Source: Candidatus Latescibacterota bacterium (GTDB lineage Bacteria > Latescibacterota > UBA2968). From it: 64,000 nucleotides of DNA. The translations under genes and the position numbers were made by a program. The first letter of the stretch is position 1, and the number at the start of each line of letters is the position of its first letter. Shown here piece after piece: positions 28,720 through 39,034 of the stretch. The notes beneath the pieces were generated by a model. The model did no database searches. It had not been told where the DNA came from and was given only the letters and a program-made list of their open reading frames with translations. The stretch is taken from NCBI GenBank assembly GCA_965116885.1, contig OZ220741.1, positions 832,001 to 896,000 on the forward strand, read 5' to 3'.

Positions 28720-30177
28720 TTATCCTGATCTGATCTCTCGCAACCTATCCGCCATCCGCTCGGCAACATCGGGATGGATTGACGCCACATTCTCAATCTG
28801 CCCAATATCGCCCGAAAGATTATAAAGTTGCGAAACTGGGGAATTACCAGTCTCAATATTCACATTCGTATTCACAGGCGGACCCTGATGCGGCGGAATA
28901 AACACCCAATCCCCCTGCCGCAAAACCGTCTTTGCCTGAACACCCTCCAGAACAATCTCCGCCCGACCCTCATCGCTTTGCCCCAGCAGAGCATCGAGCA
29001 CATCCACGCTATCGGGACCCGCATCTGCATCCAGCGAAACACCCGCAAGCGCGGCAAAAGACGCGAGAAAATCGACCTGACTAACCAGGGCATCAGACTC
29101 CCCGATTTCCACAGCACCGGGCCAGGAAACGATAAAAGGCACGCGGGTACCCCCGTCGTACATACTGTATTTTCCCCCGCGCAACGGACCTGCCGGCCGG
29201 TGATCGCCACACAGCTCAACCGCCTCGTCGTAATAACCATCATTCAGCACCGGACCGTTATCGCTGGAAAAAACCACAATCGTATCTTCTTTCAAACCAC
29301 ACCGATCGAGCGCATCGAGCATCTCGCCCACACACCAATCCATCTCGGCAATCGCATCGCCACGCGGACCCAATCCAGTACTCCCCACAAATCTGGGATG
29401 CGGCAACCGCGGAACATGGGGCTGGTGGAACGCGTAATACAGAAAAAACGGACCCTCCTTGTTCTTCTCGACAAATGAAACGGCCTTTTCCAAAAACACA
29501 TCGGCCATATCTTCATCCACCCAAAGCGCTGCCTCGCCCCCTCTCATATACCCGATCCGACTCACGCCATTGACAATACTCATATCGTGCCCGTGGTGGA
29601 ACATCATCTTCAGCAACTCGGGATTGTCTTTCCCGGTCGGCAAACCCGGAAACGGCTTATTCTTATCGTACTCCACCTCAATCGGATCGGACAGATCGAG
29701 ACCCACCACATCTCTGCCATCCAGATACACACACGGCACGCGATCATTGGTCGCGGCCATGATATAAGAATAGTCAAACCCAATATCCAGAGGCGTCAGC
29801 GGAAGCGGCTCATTCCAATTTTGATTCCCCTCGCCAATACCCAGATGCCACTTGCCAACAACACTCGTTTTATAACCCGCCTCCTTGAGCACGGAAGGCA
29901 AAGTAGAAGTACCCGGATCTATAATAAGCGGCGCATCACCGGGCAAAATATGCGCGCGTTCATTGCGCCAGGAATAAGACCCCGTAAGCAAGCTATAGCG
30001 CGAAGGCGTACACGTCGCCGCCGTGGCATATCCCTGATAAAATATTACACCCTCAGAAGCCAAACGGTCAATATTGGGCGTATCGAGTACCGTAGCACCG
30101 TAACAACCCACATCTCCAAAACCGAGATCATCTGCGTACATAACGATAATATTGGGGTGCTTTGCCGAATCTGCCAT
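28720..30177 (-). CDS. Arylsulfatase (Cys-type, formylglycine-dependent)
   Basis: PNII..YADDLG, CTPSRYSLLTG, GKWHLG, PHVP, SSDNG, RGGKYS.YDGGTRVP. Confidence 0.95.
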   Translation of the reverse strand: MADSAKHPNIIVMYADDLGFGDVGCYGATVLDTPNIDRLASEGVIFYQGYATAATCTPSRYSLLTGSYSWRNERAHILPGDAPLIIDPGTSTLPSVLKEAGYKTSVVGKWHLGIGEGNQNWNEPLPLTPLDIGFDYSYIMAATNDRVPCVYLDGRDVVGLDLSDPIEVEYDKNKPFPGLPTGKDNPELLKMMFHHGHDMSIVNGVSRIGYMRGGEAALWVDEDMADVFLEKAVSFVEKNKEGPFFLYYAFHQPHVPRLPHPRFVGSTGLGPRGDAIAEMDWCVGEMLDALDRCGLKEDTIVVFSSDNGPVLNDGYYDEAVELCGDHRPAGPLRGGKYSMYDGGTRVPFIVSWPGAVEIGESDALVSQVDFLASFAALAGVSLDADAGPDSVDVLDALLGQSDEGRAEIVLEGVQAKTVLRQGDWVFIPPHQGPPVNTNVNIETGNSPVSQLYNLSGDIGQIENVASIHPDVAERMADRLREIRSG

Positions 30178-30307
30178 ATTTATCCTTTCGTTTAACTACT
30201 GGCGCAATTGTACCTCGTTGCGTAAATTACAGGTTTGCAATATAGGGCGTTATCCAAACCACAAGCAAGCGGAAACGATTACCACACCCATTTACAAAGG
30301 AGAATAC

Positions 30308-31090
30308 ATGATTACTCGATTAACGATTCTCGCGTTATTGTTGACCCTGGTCCCAAAAGCCATCGCAGAAACCAATCCCCCAGCCGAAGGATTCAACCAG
30401 TCAGAATCAGATACAAAAGCAATTGAAATTGCCGATGCAGTCATGGAAAAAATGGGCGGATGGGAAAATTGGAATCAGACCCGGTACATCACATGGCGTT
30501 TCTTTGGACGACGCCTGCACGTATGGGACAAATGGACGGGCAACCTGCGGCATGAAGACGGGGACATGCTCATCTTGACGAACATAAACACCAAAAAAGG
30601 CCGCGTCTGGTTCGGCGGAACAGAGCAAACAAACCCCGACTCTGTAAAAAAATATATGAATCAGGGTTACAGGCGGTGGATCAACGACGCCTACTGGCTC
30701 GTCATGCCCTATAAATTGAAAGACACGGGCGTCACCTTAAAATACAGCGGCGAAGACAAAACCCTGGACGACCGCCCCGCGCACAAATTGACCCTCACCT
30801 TTCAAAACACCGGCGTCACGCCGCGAAACAAATACGATGTATGGGTAGATAAAGAGCACAACCTGGTCACAGAATGGGCTTTTTATCGCAACGCATCGGA
30901 CGCAGAACCGCGATTTCGCAACCCGTGGACAAACTGGACAAAACACGGCAACATCCTGATCTCCGACGGACGCGGATCAACGCGTAGAGGCGAACGCAAG
31001 CATACGGATATAGCCGTCTTTGATACATTACCCGCTTCGGTATTCGAAAGCCCCGATCCCGTAGATATGATGGCGTTGAAGAATCGGTAA
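30308..31090 (+). CDS. Secreted hypothetical protein (possibly DUF6503/LolA-like fold)
   Basis: AAAGGAG RBS, signal peptide, MGGWENW and NDAYWLVMPYKLKD; family uncertain. Confidence 0.55.
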   Translation: MITRLTILALLLTLVPKAIAETNPPAEGFNQSESDTKAIEIADAVMEKMGGWENWNQTRYITWRFFGRRLHVWDKWTGNLRHEDGDMLILTNINTKKGRVWFGGTEQTNPDSVKKYMNQGYRRWINDAYWLVMPYKLKDTGVTLKYSGEDKTLDDRPAHKLTLTFQNTGVTPRNKYDVWVDKEHNLVTEWAFYRNASDAEPRFRNPWTNWTKHGNILISDGRGSTRRGERKHTDIAVFDTLPASVFESPDPVDMMALKNR

Positions 31091-31184
31091 AAGTATCCGC
31101 AGATGGACGCAGATAGACACAGATAAAAAAATCAAATGCAGGGGCCTGTCCAAAGTGAATTACTGGTTCGGCCTATAGTCATTG

Positions 31185-31216
31185 AAAAATCCCGTTAGAA
31201 CTTTAACGGGATTTTT
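31185..31216. terminator. Bidirectional intrinsic terminator
   Basis: AAAAATCCCGTTA-N6-TAACGGGATTTTT between convergent genes. Confidence 0.75.
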
Positions 31217-31659
31217 TATTTTTCCAAGATACGCTTCAGCGAATCAAAACCGCCCTGAAAAACCCCGTTACCGACAAAATCGACCAGTTCCTCTTCTTCA
31301 TCGGCTGGACAGCCGAATTCTGCGGTCCACTGAATATACGTTCGATTGCCATCCGTAATAGGCGTCAAACTCAGCGTTGCCACATAGTCTTCAACCGACA
31401 TAGGCGACTCGAGAATAGAATACGTACATGTAAAAGTAACATCGCTCAACGTCAGCAATTGTTCGCGAATATTCCCGCCATCATGCAAATTAAAATTGCG
31501 AATACAGCCCACGCTATCGCTGGATTCACCACCTTCAATACGGCTATCTGCAATCGCGGGATGCCATTCGGGCAACGCATTAAAATCGCGGATCTTTTCC
31601 CACACAGCATCTACTGAAGCGTCGAGCACTGAACTGACAAAAACATTGGCTTTAGCCAT
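31216..31659 (-). CDS. SRPBCC/polyketide cyclase-dehydrase family protein
   Basis: VWEKIRDFNALPEWHP, VGCIR, IREQL, TYSILESP. Confidence 0.88.
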   Translation of the reverse strand: MAKANVFVSSVLDASVDAVWEKIRDFNALPEWHPAIADSRIEGGESSDSVGCIRNFNLHDGGNIREQLLTLSDVTFTCTYSILESPMSVEDYVATLSLTPITDGNRTYIQWTAEFGCPADEEEELVDFVGNGVFQGGFDSLKRILEK

Positions 31660-31717
31660 CTCATCCTCCTCTATGTGTTATTGTTTGAATAGCGCAGCAA
31701 GTTGGTATAAGTACAGT

Positions 31718-32815
31718 TTAAGATGCCACCTCTTTCCATTCCAGGCGGACTTTAAGTCCATTCAACTCCCTCCAGGGAAGATGGCCTTCATGTTGAAGCC
31801 TCCCGACGACGATACCTGGGGCAATACCCTGTTCATCAGCGAATGCACAAACCACCTCCTCTTCGCACGGACAACTTGCAACAAACCGCTCCCACTCGCG
31901 CTTCGGCACCAGCCTGTTTGTCGCCCATTCATTCGCTTCAGCTTCAAGGTCTGCGATCTCACCCTGTTTCAGGCCATCAATAAATACGCTCTTCTTGCTG
32001 TGGAGAAGAACATGTGCGGCCTCGTGGAACAGGCTGAACCACAAATGGTCGTCTGTCTTATAGCGTGCGCTCAACTGGATTATAGCCTTCCGGGGGGAAA
32101 GCCACCACGCTGCCCCGCTAAGGGCTGTTCTCGATAGGGGCTTAATCAGGGCCAGGGCAACACCAGCTTGATTGCAGAGTTGTTGTGCGTCGGATAGCCC
32201 TTTTTCTATCGGTACTCGCGTCAGTTTGCGAATTTCTTGCAACGCCAGCTTAAAACGCATCTCATTGTAGTCGGCGCAATCCTGTTGTTCTGCATCAAGC
32301 TCTCCGAGTCGGAGCCATGTTGCCAGCGCAATCTCATCGCTCTTAAAACTCGGCGAATGTCGATATGCCACATTCGCCAAACTATACTTCATGTGCCAAG
32401 CCTTAATCGAACCGATGCCGAAAAATGAGAGCAACCCAGATACAGACTCCACATCTGACTTCGACTTGCGAAGAACACCCCGTTTCACGAGTTCATTAAC
32501 CGGAAATTGTTTCAACCACTCAGCAGATTTGGCGGCTTCTGCCGCCTCGGATTCTCGGGCGCATTGAAGGCGATAGTCGGTCTCAATGCCGAGCCATAAG
32601 CTCGCATCAACGCCCAGCACCCTTTCAAACTGTAATGCCGTCGCTGGCTCAAGGGAGGCTTTCCCAGAGATAATCTCGCTGATCAGCTTCGGAGAGCGCC
32701 CACACCGCCGCGCAAACTCGGCCTGGGATATACCTTGCGCTTCCAAACGTTCCTCCAAAACCCAGCCCGGCGGGACCGCATAGTCCGGACGGTACTCATT
32801 AGTCTCCACTGCCAT
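31718..32815 (-). CDS. HigA-type HTH antitoxin fused to an ImmA/IrrE peptidase domain
   Basis: PPGWVLEERL..SQAEFARR HTH; WFSLFHEAAHVLLH; EAEANEWA. Confidence 0.88.
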   Translation of the reverse strand: MAVETNEYRPDYAVPPGWVLEERLEAQGISQAEFARRCGRSPKLISEIISGKASLEPATALQFERVLGVDASLWLGIETDYRLQCARESEAAEAAKSAEWLKQFPVNELVKRGVLRKSKSDVESVSGLLSFFGIGSIKAWHMKYSLANVAYRHSPSFKSDEIALATWLRLGELDAEQQDCADYNEMRFKLALQEIRKLTRVPIEKGLSDAQQLCNQAGVALALIKPLSRTALSGAAWWLSPRKAIIQLSARYKTDDHLWFSLFHEAAHVLLHSKKSVFIDGLKQGEIADLEAEANEWATNRLVPKREWERFVASCPCEEEVVCAFADEQGIAPGIVVGRLQHEGHLPWRELNGLKVRLEWKEVAS

Positions 32816-32829
32816 TTCTCGCTCCTTGT

Positions 32830-33165
32830 TCAGTGGTAGTCGATCACCTCAATGATCGTGATTGCACTCACTTTCTTTGCATCTATTCCTCCATCCTCCT
32901 TCCGTGGTATAGGATTGTGATCAGGCTTAAAAATTAGCCGATAGGGATAGACAAGATTAACGGCATATTGCTCGTCGCGGTCTCCCTGAAGTTGGTGCCG
33001 CCGATCTGGCGGAGTCGTGGGCACCTGCTCTAATGTCTCGGCGGCCTTTAGAATAGCAAGGCGGCTCATTATCACCTTCGCCATGCGAGATCCATAAGTC
33101 CTTTGGAGTAAACGAGAGGAGTTAAAAATTCTCGCGATCTTACTTGTTCGAAAGGTGATGTCCAA
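32830..33165 (-). CDS. HigB-like (RelE superfamily, plasmid-maintenance killer) toxin
   Basis: HQLQGDR..YAVNL..PYRLIF, C-terminal IDYH; sits upstream of the HigA-like gene. Confidence 0.88.
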   Translation of the reverse strand: MDITFRTSKIARIFNSSRLLQRTYGSRMAKVIMSRLAILKAAETLEQVPTTPPDRRHQLQGDRDEQYAVNLVYPYRLIFKPDHNPIPRKEDGGIDAKKVSAITIIEVIDYH

Positions 33166-33366
33166 TACCCCGGCTCCTATTAATCGCTTTTTTCGTTACC
33201 TAATAGGTAATATATTATCAGATTTTATTCAGAGAGGCAAGAATAATCTGGTAGCAATAGTATCGCTGTCTGGCGAACAGTGTAAAAAGCCCCTTTGCCA
33301 GACCATATTAACCTGCTATATTCCTGAACCTACTATTCATTGCCTAATCAATAACAGGAGATCAGC

Positions 33367-34416
33367 ATGGAACTATTAAAAGAATTGTGTGAATGTTCGG
33401 GAGTACCCGGGCGTGAAGAGCGGTTGCGCGAAATCGTGCGGCGAGAGTTGGAACCCATCGCAGATGAACTTCGCGTAGATGGAATGGGCAACTTAATCAT
33501 CAAAAAGAACGCAAGCGCGGGCGAAAACCCTAAAAAACTGATGCTGGCCGCGCACATGGACGAAATAGGCTTTGTCGTATCCCACATCGACAAACAGGGC
33601 CTCTTGCGCCTCGTACCTCTGGGCGGTCACGATCCCCGCAACATGGTCGCACAGCGCGTCACCGTCGCCGGCACCGAAAAAGACTACACGGGCCTGCTCT
33701 ATCCCGGCGTAAAACCCCCGCATATCCAGACCGAAGCCGACCGCAACAAAAAATTAGACGTCAGCGACTTTGTCGTAGATCTCTACATGTCAGCCGACGA
33801 CGTCAAAGAAGAAATCGAAATCGGCGCAATGGTAACACTACAACGCGATTTCGCCGAAATCGGCAACGGCGTAAGTTGCAAAGCCATGGACAACCGGCTC
33901 GCCGTATATGTCATGATCGAAGCCGTAAAACGGGCCGACTCCTTCGCCTTTGAAACATATCCCGTAGCCACAGTACAGGAAGAAATTGGCCTGCGAGGGG
34001 CAACCGCGAGTGCCTTTGGCGTAAATCCAGATGTAGGCGTGGCCCTGGACATCACACTGGCGGCCGACATACCGGGCATCCCCGACCACGAACAGGTAAC
34101 GCGCCTGGGAGATGGCGCTGCGATAAAAATTCAGGATTCCAGTTCAATTTCACACCCGGGATTGGTCGCACACATGAAAACCCTCGCAAAAGAGCGCGAC
34201 ATCAAATACCAGATGGAAATACTACCCCGGGGCGGCACAGACGCAGGTGGCATACAGCGGATTCGAGCCGGAGTACCCGTAATCACACTATCCATCCCCA
34301 CGCGGTACGTACACACATCCATCGAATTAGCCGACAAAGACGACATCGAAGCCACCATTCAACTACTGGCAGCCTTTCTCGAAGAAGGCCACCGCACGGA
34401 TTGGGACATGGTGTGA
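33367..34416 (+). CDS. M42-family aminopeptidase
   Basis: AAHMDEIG, KAMDNR, VQEEIGLRGA, GGTDAG, RYVHT. Confidence 0.95.
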   Translation: MELLKELCECSGVPGREERLREIVRRELEPIADELRVDGMGNLIIKKNASAGENPKKLMLAAHMDEIGFVVSHIDKQGLLRLVPLGGHDPRNMVAQRVTVAGTEKDYTGLLYPGVKPPHIQTEADRNKKLDVSDFVVDLYMSADDVKEEIEIGAMVTLQRDFAEIGNGVSCKAMDNRLAVYVMIEAVKRADSFAFETYPVATVQEEIGLRGATASAFGVNPDVGVALDITLAADIPGIPDHEQVTRLGDGAAIKIQDSSSISHPGLVAHMKTLAKERDIKYQMEILPRGGTDAGGIQRIRAGVPVITLSIPTRYVHTSIELADKDDIEATIQLLAAFLEEGHRTDWDMV

Positions 34417-34422
34417 GTTTCG

Positions 34423-35373
34423 CTACCGCCTCTGCTCCTCATGAAACAAAAACGACAGCAACGTAAAACGGCGGCCCTGAGTCACCGGCTGGACCTCGTG
34501 GAGAAAAGAACTGGAAAACGCGACAGCATCGCCTGCTGACGGGCGATAGCGATGGGGACCAAACTCGGGAAAAATCAGATGACCGCCTGTATAATCGTCA
34601 TTGAGATTGAGCGTAAGCGCAAAGCGGCGATGGGCAGTTGAGGGACTGAGATTGTCGCGATGGGCGCGAAAAAAACCGCCACTATCCGAGTCATAACACG
34701 CGATCTTAAAACCCTCGAAACGCGTCGCCCGGTAGTGGAAAGCGCGTTGCACCTCGGGCATAACCCGCCGCCCCACCGTAGAAGTAAGCAAGCGCAAAAG
34801 TCGGGCATCGATAACCTCGTGGTCTCGCCGCTTTTTGTTCTGGTAGTCAACAACATCGCGTCGAACGCCAGATTTAGAGCTCTCAACACCAGTCTCCGTA
34901 TTGCCCTTTGTCGCCCATACATTGATAAGCGCCTGGCAGATATCCGGAGTCAGAACATTGGGAATGAGGAGAACGGGCGCCTGGACATCAATATCAATAG
35001 ACCCATGAGAAGGCAGGCTCTTAAACGCGCGATACATCTGATCAAACGCATTCGGATCCTCAATCCCCGACAGAACGCGCAGATTGGCATCCAGCGCGAA
35101 CGCGGCAAAATCTCCCTCGAGACCATAGGCTTTGCCAACCGCGTTTTCACCGTCGATAAATACGGTAACACCCGCCTTCGCAAGCTCCGATGGGCTAATA
35201 ACAAAAACATCTACCTCTCCCGAAACCTCTAAACCTTCTAAAACCTGCTCTTCCCCTGTAAAAACCAAAAGAGTCGGACGACCGCCTGCGCGGGAATAAA
35301 AGCGCGTTTGAGGGCCGTCTATTGTCGAAAGAACAAAGTCGGGAGCGCGTTCGCCCCGGTTGAGGATACTCAT
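34423..35373 (-). CDS. 2OG-Fe(II) oxygenase with an N-terminal peroxiredoxin-like domain
   Basis: GERAPDFVL N-terminus; HRDN, LNLNDDYTGG, LHEVQPVTQGRR. Confidence 0.85.
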   Translation of the reverse strand: MSILNRGERAPDFVLSTIDGPQTRFYSRAGGRPTLLVFTGEEQVLEGLEVSGEVDVFVISPSELAKAGVTVFIDGENAVGKAYGLEGDFAAFALDANLRVLSGIEDPNAFDQMYRAFKSLPSHGSIDIDVQAPVLLIPNVLTPDICQALINVWATKGNTETGVESSKSGVRRDVVDYQNKKRRDHEVIDARLLRLLTSTVGRRVMPEVQRAFHYRATRFEGFKIACYDSDSGGFFRAHRDNLSPSTAHRRFALTLNLNDDYTGGHLIFPEFGPHRYRPSAGDAVAFSSSFLHEVQPVTQGRRFTLLSFLFHEEQRR

Positions 35374-35395
35374 AGTGAGCCTCTTGGCATTTAAC

Positions 35396-37315
35396 ATGAA
35401 TCATCATCTACATTGCATTTATCTATTTCTCTTCTTCCTCGGATGCCTCGTCCCCGACCCGGGCCAGAACATATCCACCACATCCATATCCAGCACGCAA
35501 AAACAAGCACCTCAAACCCGTGCCCCCCTCAAAATCGACCCCGCCATACTCCAGAACCGCACCTTTAACGAAGCCCCCATGTTCACCGAACAGGTCAACC
35601 AGGGCAAACTCCCACCCGTCTCTGATCGACTGCCCGAAAATCCCCTCGTCATCGTGCCCCTTGAAGAAATTGGCACCTACGGCGGCACGCTCAGACGCGC
35701 CCTCACCGGCGACATCGTACAAACCCCGGGACCCAACAAAACCCTCAACGAAAACCTCATGGGCTATGAACGCCCCTTTCCAAACAGCATCCAATACAAC
35801 CTATGCGAGCACTTCACTTATGAGGACAGTGGCAAAGTCGCAATTTTCAAAATCCGCAAAGGCGTCAAATGGTCCGACGGCCACCCATTCACCGTTGACG
35901 ACATCCTCTTCTGGTATTACGACATGACCTTTGATGACGACGCACGTCAAAACCCCTTTCCCCCAGCGGGATGGATGGTAGATGGCAAACCCATGCGGCT
36001 CAAAAAAATCGACCCTCACACCCTCGAAATCTCATCACCCAAACCCCTGGGACGCGTACTCCACGAACTCAGCCGCGCTCTAATCGCCGCGCCAAAACAC
36101 GTCCTGTCTCCCCTGCACCCCAAATACAATCCCAAAACCGATTACAACGCCTTTCGCGAAGCCACCACCAGCGCGCAATTGCTCATGCAGCCCGGCATTC
36201 CACGCATCTCTGCCTGGATCCCCGTCGAATGGATTCGGGGTCAGCGCATTATCTATGAGCGCAACCCCTACTACTGGAAAATAGATACAGCGGGCAATCA
36301 ACTCCCTTATGCCGACCGCATCATCTTCAACGTCATCCAGGACCCCCAGGTAATCCTGCTAAAATTCATCAACGGCGAACTCGACCTGATCGGACGTTAT
36401 ACCCGCATCGACATGTTCCCCACCCTCAAAGTAAAAGAGAAAACCGGGAAATTCAATCTCCGAATCACCGGACCCAACAGAGGCCCTGCCTACCACCTCA
36501 ACTGGGACGCGCCCAACCCCGCATTGCGAGAAGCTTTTCGCAACAAAAACGTCCGCATCGCGCTCTCACACGCTGTGAACCGCGAAGAAATTGACGAAAT
36601 AGTCTTCCACGGCCTTCTCGATCCCTCGGGCTATTCATTTGGGCCTATAAGCCCTTATTTTTCTCCAGAAGCCTACAAAAAATACGCCGAATACGACCCC
36701 GACAAAGCCAGACATCTTCTCGAACTCGAAGGCTATATCGACACCGATGGCGATGGCATCCGCGAATTCCGAAACGGCTCTCGCTTTGAACTCACCATCG
36801 ACTTCGTGCATCCCGGCGGCATGTTCAACGGCCAACCCGTCTCTGAACTGGTTGCCGATCACTGGCGAGCCGTGGGGATCAAAGTCAACCTCAACGGCGG
36901 CCTGCGCGACATCATTGTCCCTCGCCGCTACAACTGCGAATACGACGTTCACTACTGGGGCCTCGAAGGACCCAACGCCCCCTTAACCTATCCCATTGGC
37001 TGGGCTATTCTGGCTAAAAACGTACCCTACTGGCATCAAAAAGCCTATGACGAAGGTCCTCCCTGGCTGCGCGAAGCCACCAAATACGTCCGACTGGCGA
37101 TGACCACCGTCGATACGGCGCAACTCCGCACATACATGACCCGCGTGCGCGACCTCCACACGGAAAACGTCCCCATCATCACCATCGGTTCCGCGTACCA
37201 CGTCTGGGGAGCCAGCAGTCGCCTGGGCAATATCCCATATCAAAACGTGGCCGACAACGCCTTTCTGGGCTGGAGCCGGCCGGTATTTCACGAGCAGATA
37301 TTTGTGAAAAAATGA
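35396..37315 (+). CDS. ABC transporter substrate-binding lipoprotein, family 5
   Basis: Lipobox-like FLGC, GKLPPVSDRLP, KWSDGHPFTVDD, RNPYYWKID..GNQLPY. Confidence 0.9.
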   Translation: MNHHLHCIYLFLFFLGCLVPDPGQNISTTSISSTQKQAPQTRAPLKIDPAILQNRTFNEAPMFTEQVNQGKLPPVSDRLPENPLVIVPLEEIGTYGGTLRRALTGDIVQTPGPNKTLNENLMGYERPFPNSIQYNLCEHFTYEDSGKVAIFKIRKGVKWSDGHPFTVDDILFWYYDMTFDDDARQNPFPPAGWMVDGKPMRLKKIDPHTLEISSPKPLGRVLHELSRALIAAPKHVLSPLHPKYNPKTDYNAFREATTSAQLLMQPGIPRISAWIPVEWIRGQRIIYERNPYYWKIDTAGNQLPYADRIIFNVIQDPQVILLKFINGELDLIGRYTRIDMFPTLKVKEKTGKFNLRITGPNRGPAYHLNWDAPNPALREAFRNKNVRIALSHAVNREEIDEIVFHGLLDPSGYSFGPISPYFSPEAYKKYAEYDPDKARHLLELEGYIDTDGDGIREFRNGSRFELTIDFVHPGGMFNGQPVSELVADHWRAVGIKVNLNGGLRDIIVPRRYNCEYDVHYWGLEGPNAPLTYPIGWAILAKNVPYWHQKAYDEGPPWLREATKYVRLAMTTVDTAQLRTYMTRVRDLHTENVPIITIGSAYHVWGASSRLGNIPYQNVADNAFLGWSRPVFHEQIFVKK

Positions 37316-37353
37316 CACACGGGACGGCCCCCGTGCCCGCCCACTGATCGTAA

Positions 37354-38175
37354 TTACAAAAAAGACCTCAGAAAATTCGCCGACCGGATCGCGGCTTCAT
37401 CGGGTGGCAGATCGCCGCCAAAGGCGTGATGCAGCGTTACATAACCGCGGTAATCGATGCTGTGCAACCCATCAAAAACTTTCTGAAAATCTATGCCGCC
37501 AGATTCATCGAGTGGTCGCAAAGTGGAATAAACCGTACCGCGCACCCAGGTAGTCATAGGCATATCGCCATTGGGATCCGGGACGTGATTTTGCAAATAA
37601 ACATTAAAGAGATACGGTGCAAAGCATTTGAGGGTATCGGAACCGTAGTCTTCCCCACACAGAGCCAGATTAGCAGGCTCGTAAATAATCCCAAAATTCG
37701 GTCGGTCAATACTCTGAAGTGCCTCAATCGATCCCGCAACAGTCTCAAAAAGACTCTGGGTATGAGATTGATGTGCCAGACGTATATCCCGCTCGGCTGC
37801 CTCGTCGGCTGCGCGCTGGGCGTGCGCGATATCTGCATCGGTCTTAATACAGATGCGCAGCAAATCGCAACCAAGTGCATCTGCCAGATCGAGATGCGGG
37901 GTAATATTGCGCAAACTCTCCGGTCCCTCGGCGCCATTCTCGGGTATGGCAAAATCGCCGGTTGCCATTGAAACCGCGAGATTGTGCCGCTTCAAAATAC
38001 GTTGCACTTCAACAATGCGTTCGGGTGGACTGTGCGCACCCACGCCCGATGCGCGCATGCAAAGTGCTTTATAACCTGCGCTTTGGGCAATCTCCGCGAG
38101 ATCGGGCAGAGCAATTGTCAAATTGCGTTTATTGCGAAAGCTTTCTGCCACGCGGACTGAAAGAGAAAGTTGCAT
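37354..38175 (-). CDS. Sugar phosphate isomerase/epimerase (xylose-isomerase-like TIM barrel)
   Basis: AGYKALCMR, NFGIIYEPANL, GGIDF..VF..L..IDYRGYVT; several metal-ligand positions look atypical. Confidence 0.75.
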   Translation of the reverse strand: MQLSLSVRVAESFRNKRNLTIALPDLAEIAQSAGYKALCMRASGVGAHSPPERIVEVQRILKRHNLAVSMATGDFAIPENGAEGPESLRNITPHLDLADALGCDLLRICIKTDADIAHAQRAADEAAERDIRLAHQSHTQSLFETVAGSIEALQSIDRPNFGIIYEPANLALCGEDYGSDTLKCFAPYLFNVYLQNHVPDPNGDMPMTTWVRGTVYSTLRPLDESGGIDFQKVFDGLHSIDYRGYVTLHHAFGGDLPPDEAAIRSANFLRSFL

Positions 38176-38273
38176 CGCAATCCCCAAACGAGTACGAGGT
38201 AAAAATTTCAACTTGCATCCGATAAAATTTTAACTATTCTTACCCTTATCACATATTTTTCCTTGCCGCTGCG

Positions 38274-38945
38274 ATGGAAGGTAATATCATGATAGAAATG
38301 CAGGTTGTAGATTTGCGTCAAGAGCATTCAAACCAGAACGTGGTATGGCTGCAAAGTGTTGAGGGCAGTGTAATGGTACCCATTGAAATTGGACATACCG
38401 AATATCGATCTATTCAGGCAGAACTGGCAGGTGAATCCATGCCGCGACCTCTTGCTTATGATTTGATGTGTGCAGTGTTGGCACATTTTGATGCCGAAAT
38501 TGAACAGGTGCAGATTGTCGAATTGAAAGATCAGATTTTCTACGCCGAACTCATCCTCTTTGCCCGGGGTGAACAAGTGCGTTTAGACGCCCGTCCCAGT
38601 GATAGCATCGTACTCGCACTCAAATTTGGCGCACCCATCTACATGGATCCCAAAATTATTCAACAAGTGGGATTCAAAGTCCGCCGCACCGAATACGGTT
38701 ATGAACTTGAGCAATTGAATCCACCCCAGGAACAAGACATTCTTGAAGAACCTGTTCTGGACATCGCGCAAGCAGCCGATCAGCCACTGGAAGGCGTTGA
38801 TTTTCAGGGACAGGATATCGATCCGGAAGAACTGTTAAAAATTTTGAAAGAGCAGATGAACAAAGCGGTTAAAGAAGAGCGGTATGAAGATGCGGGAATA
38901 ATTCGAGATGAAATTGAGCGGATAGAAGAGAAAAGTGAGATGTAG
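38274..38945 (+). CDS. Bifunctional nuclease (DUF151) with a C-terminal UVR domain
   Basis: PIEIG, RPLAYDL, FYAEL, DARPSDSIVLAL; AVKEERYEDAGIIRDEI. Confidence 0.9.
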   Translation: MEGNIMIEMQVVDLRQEHSNQNVVWLQSVEGSVMVPIEIGHTEYRSIQAELAGESMPRPLAYDLMCAVLAHFDAEIEQVQIVELKDQIFYAELILFARGEQVRLDARPSDSIVLALKFGAPIYMDPKIIQQVGFKVRRTEYGYELEQLNPPQEQDILEEPVLDIAQAADQPLEGVDFQGQDIDPEELLKILKEQMNKAVKEERYEDAGIIRDEIERIEEKSEM

Positions 38946-39002
38946 GGGCGAGGCATGCCTCGCCCGCCAATTTCCCGTAGGGGCGACCCCCTGTGGTCGC
39001 CC
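38942..39002. repeat. Two tandem GTAG REPs (38942-38965, 38977-39002)
   Basis: GTAGGGGCGAGGCATGCCTCGCCC and GTAGGGGCGACCCCCTGTGGTCGCCC. Confidence 0.85.
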
Positions 39003-39034
39003 GCGCTCGGGTAGGGTGGTCATCTCGCCGCCTT

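Noticed and set aside
27835..30195. Plus-strand ORFs of 200-294 aa opposite phyH and the sulfatase
   Set aside because: Antisense shadows of well-supported minus-strand genes
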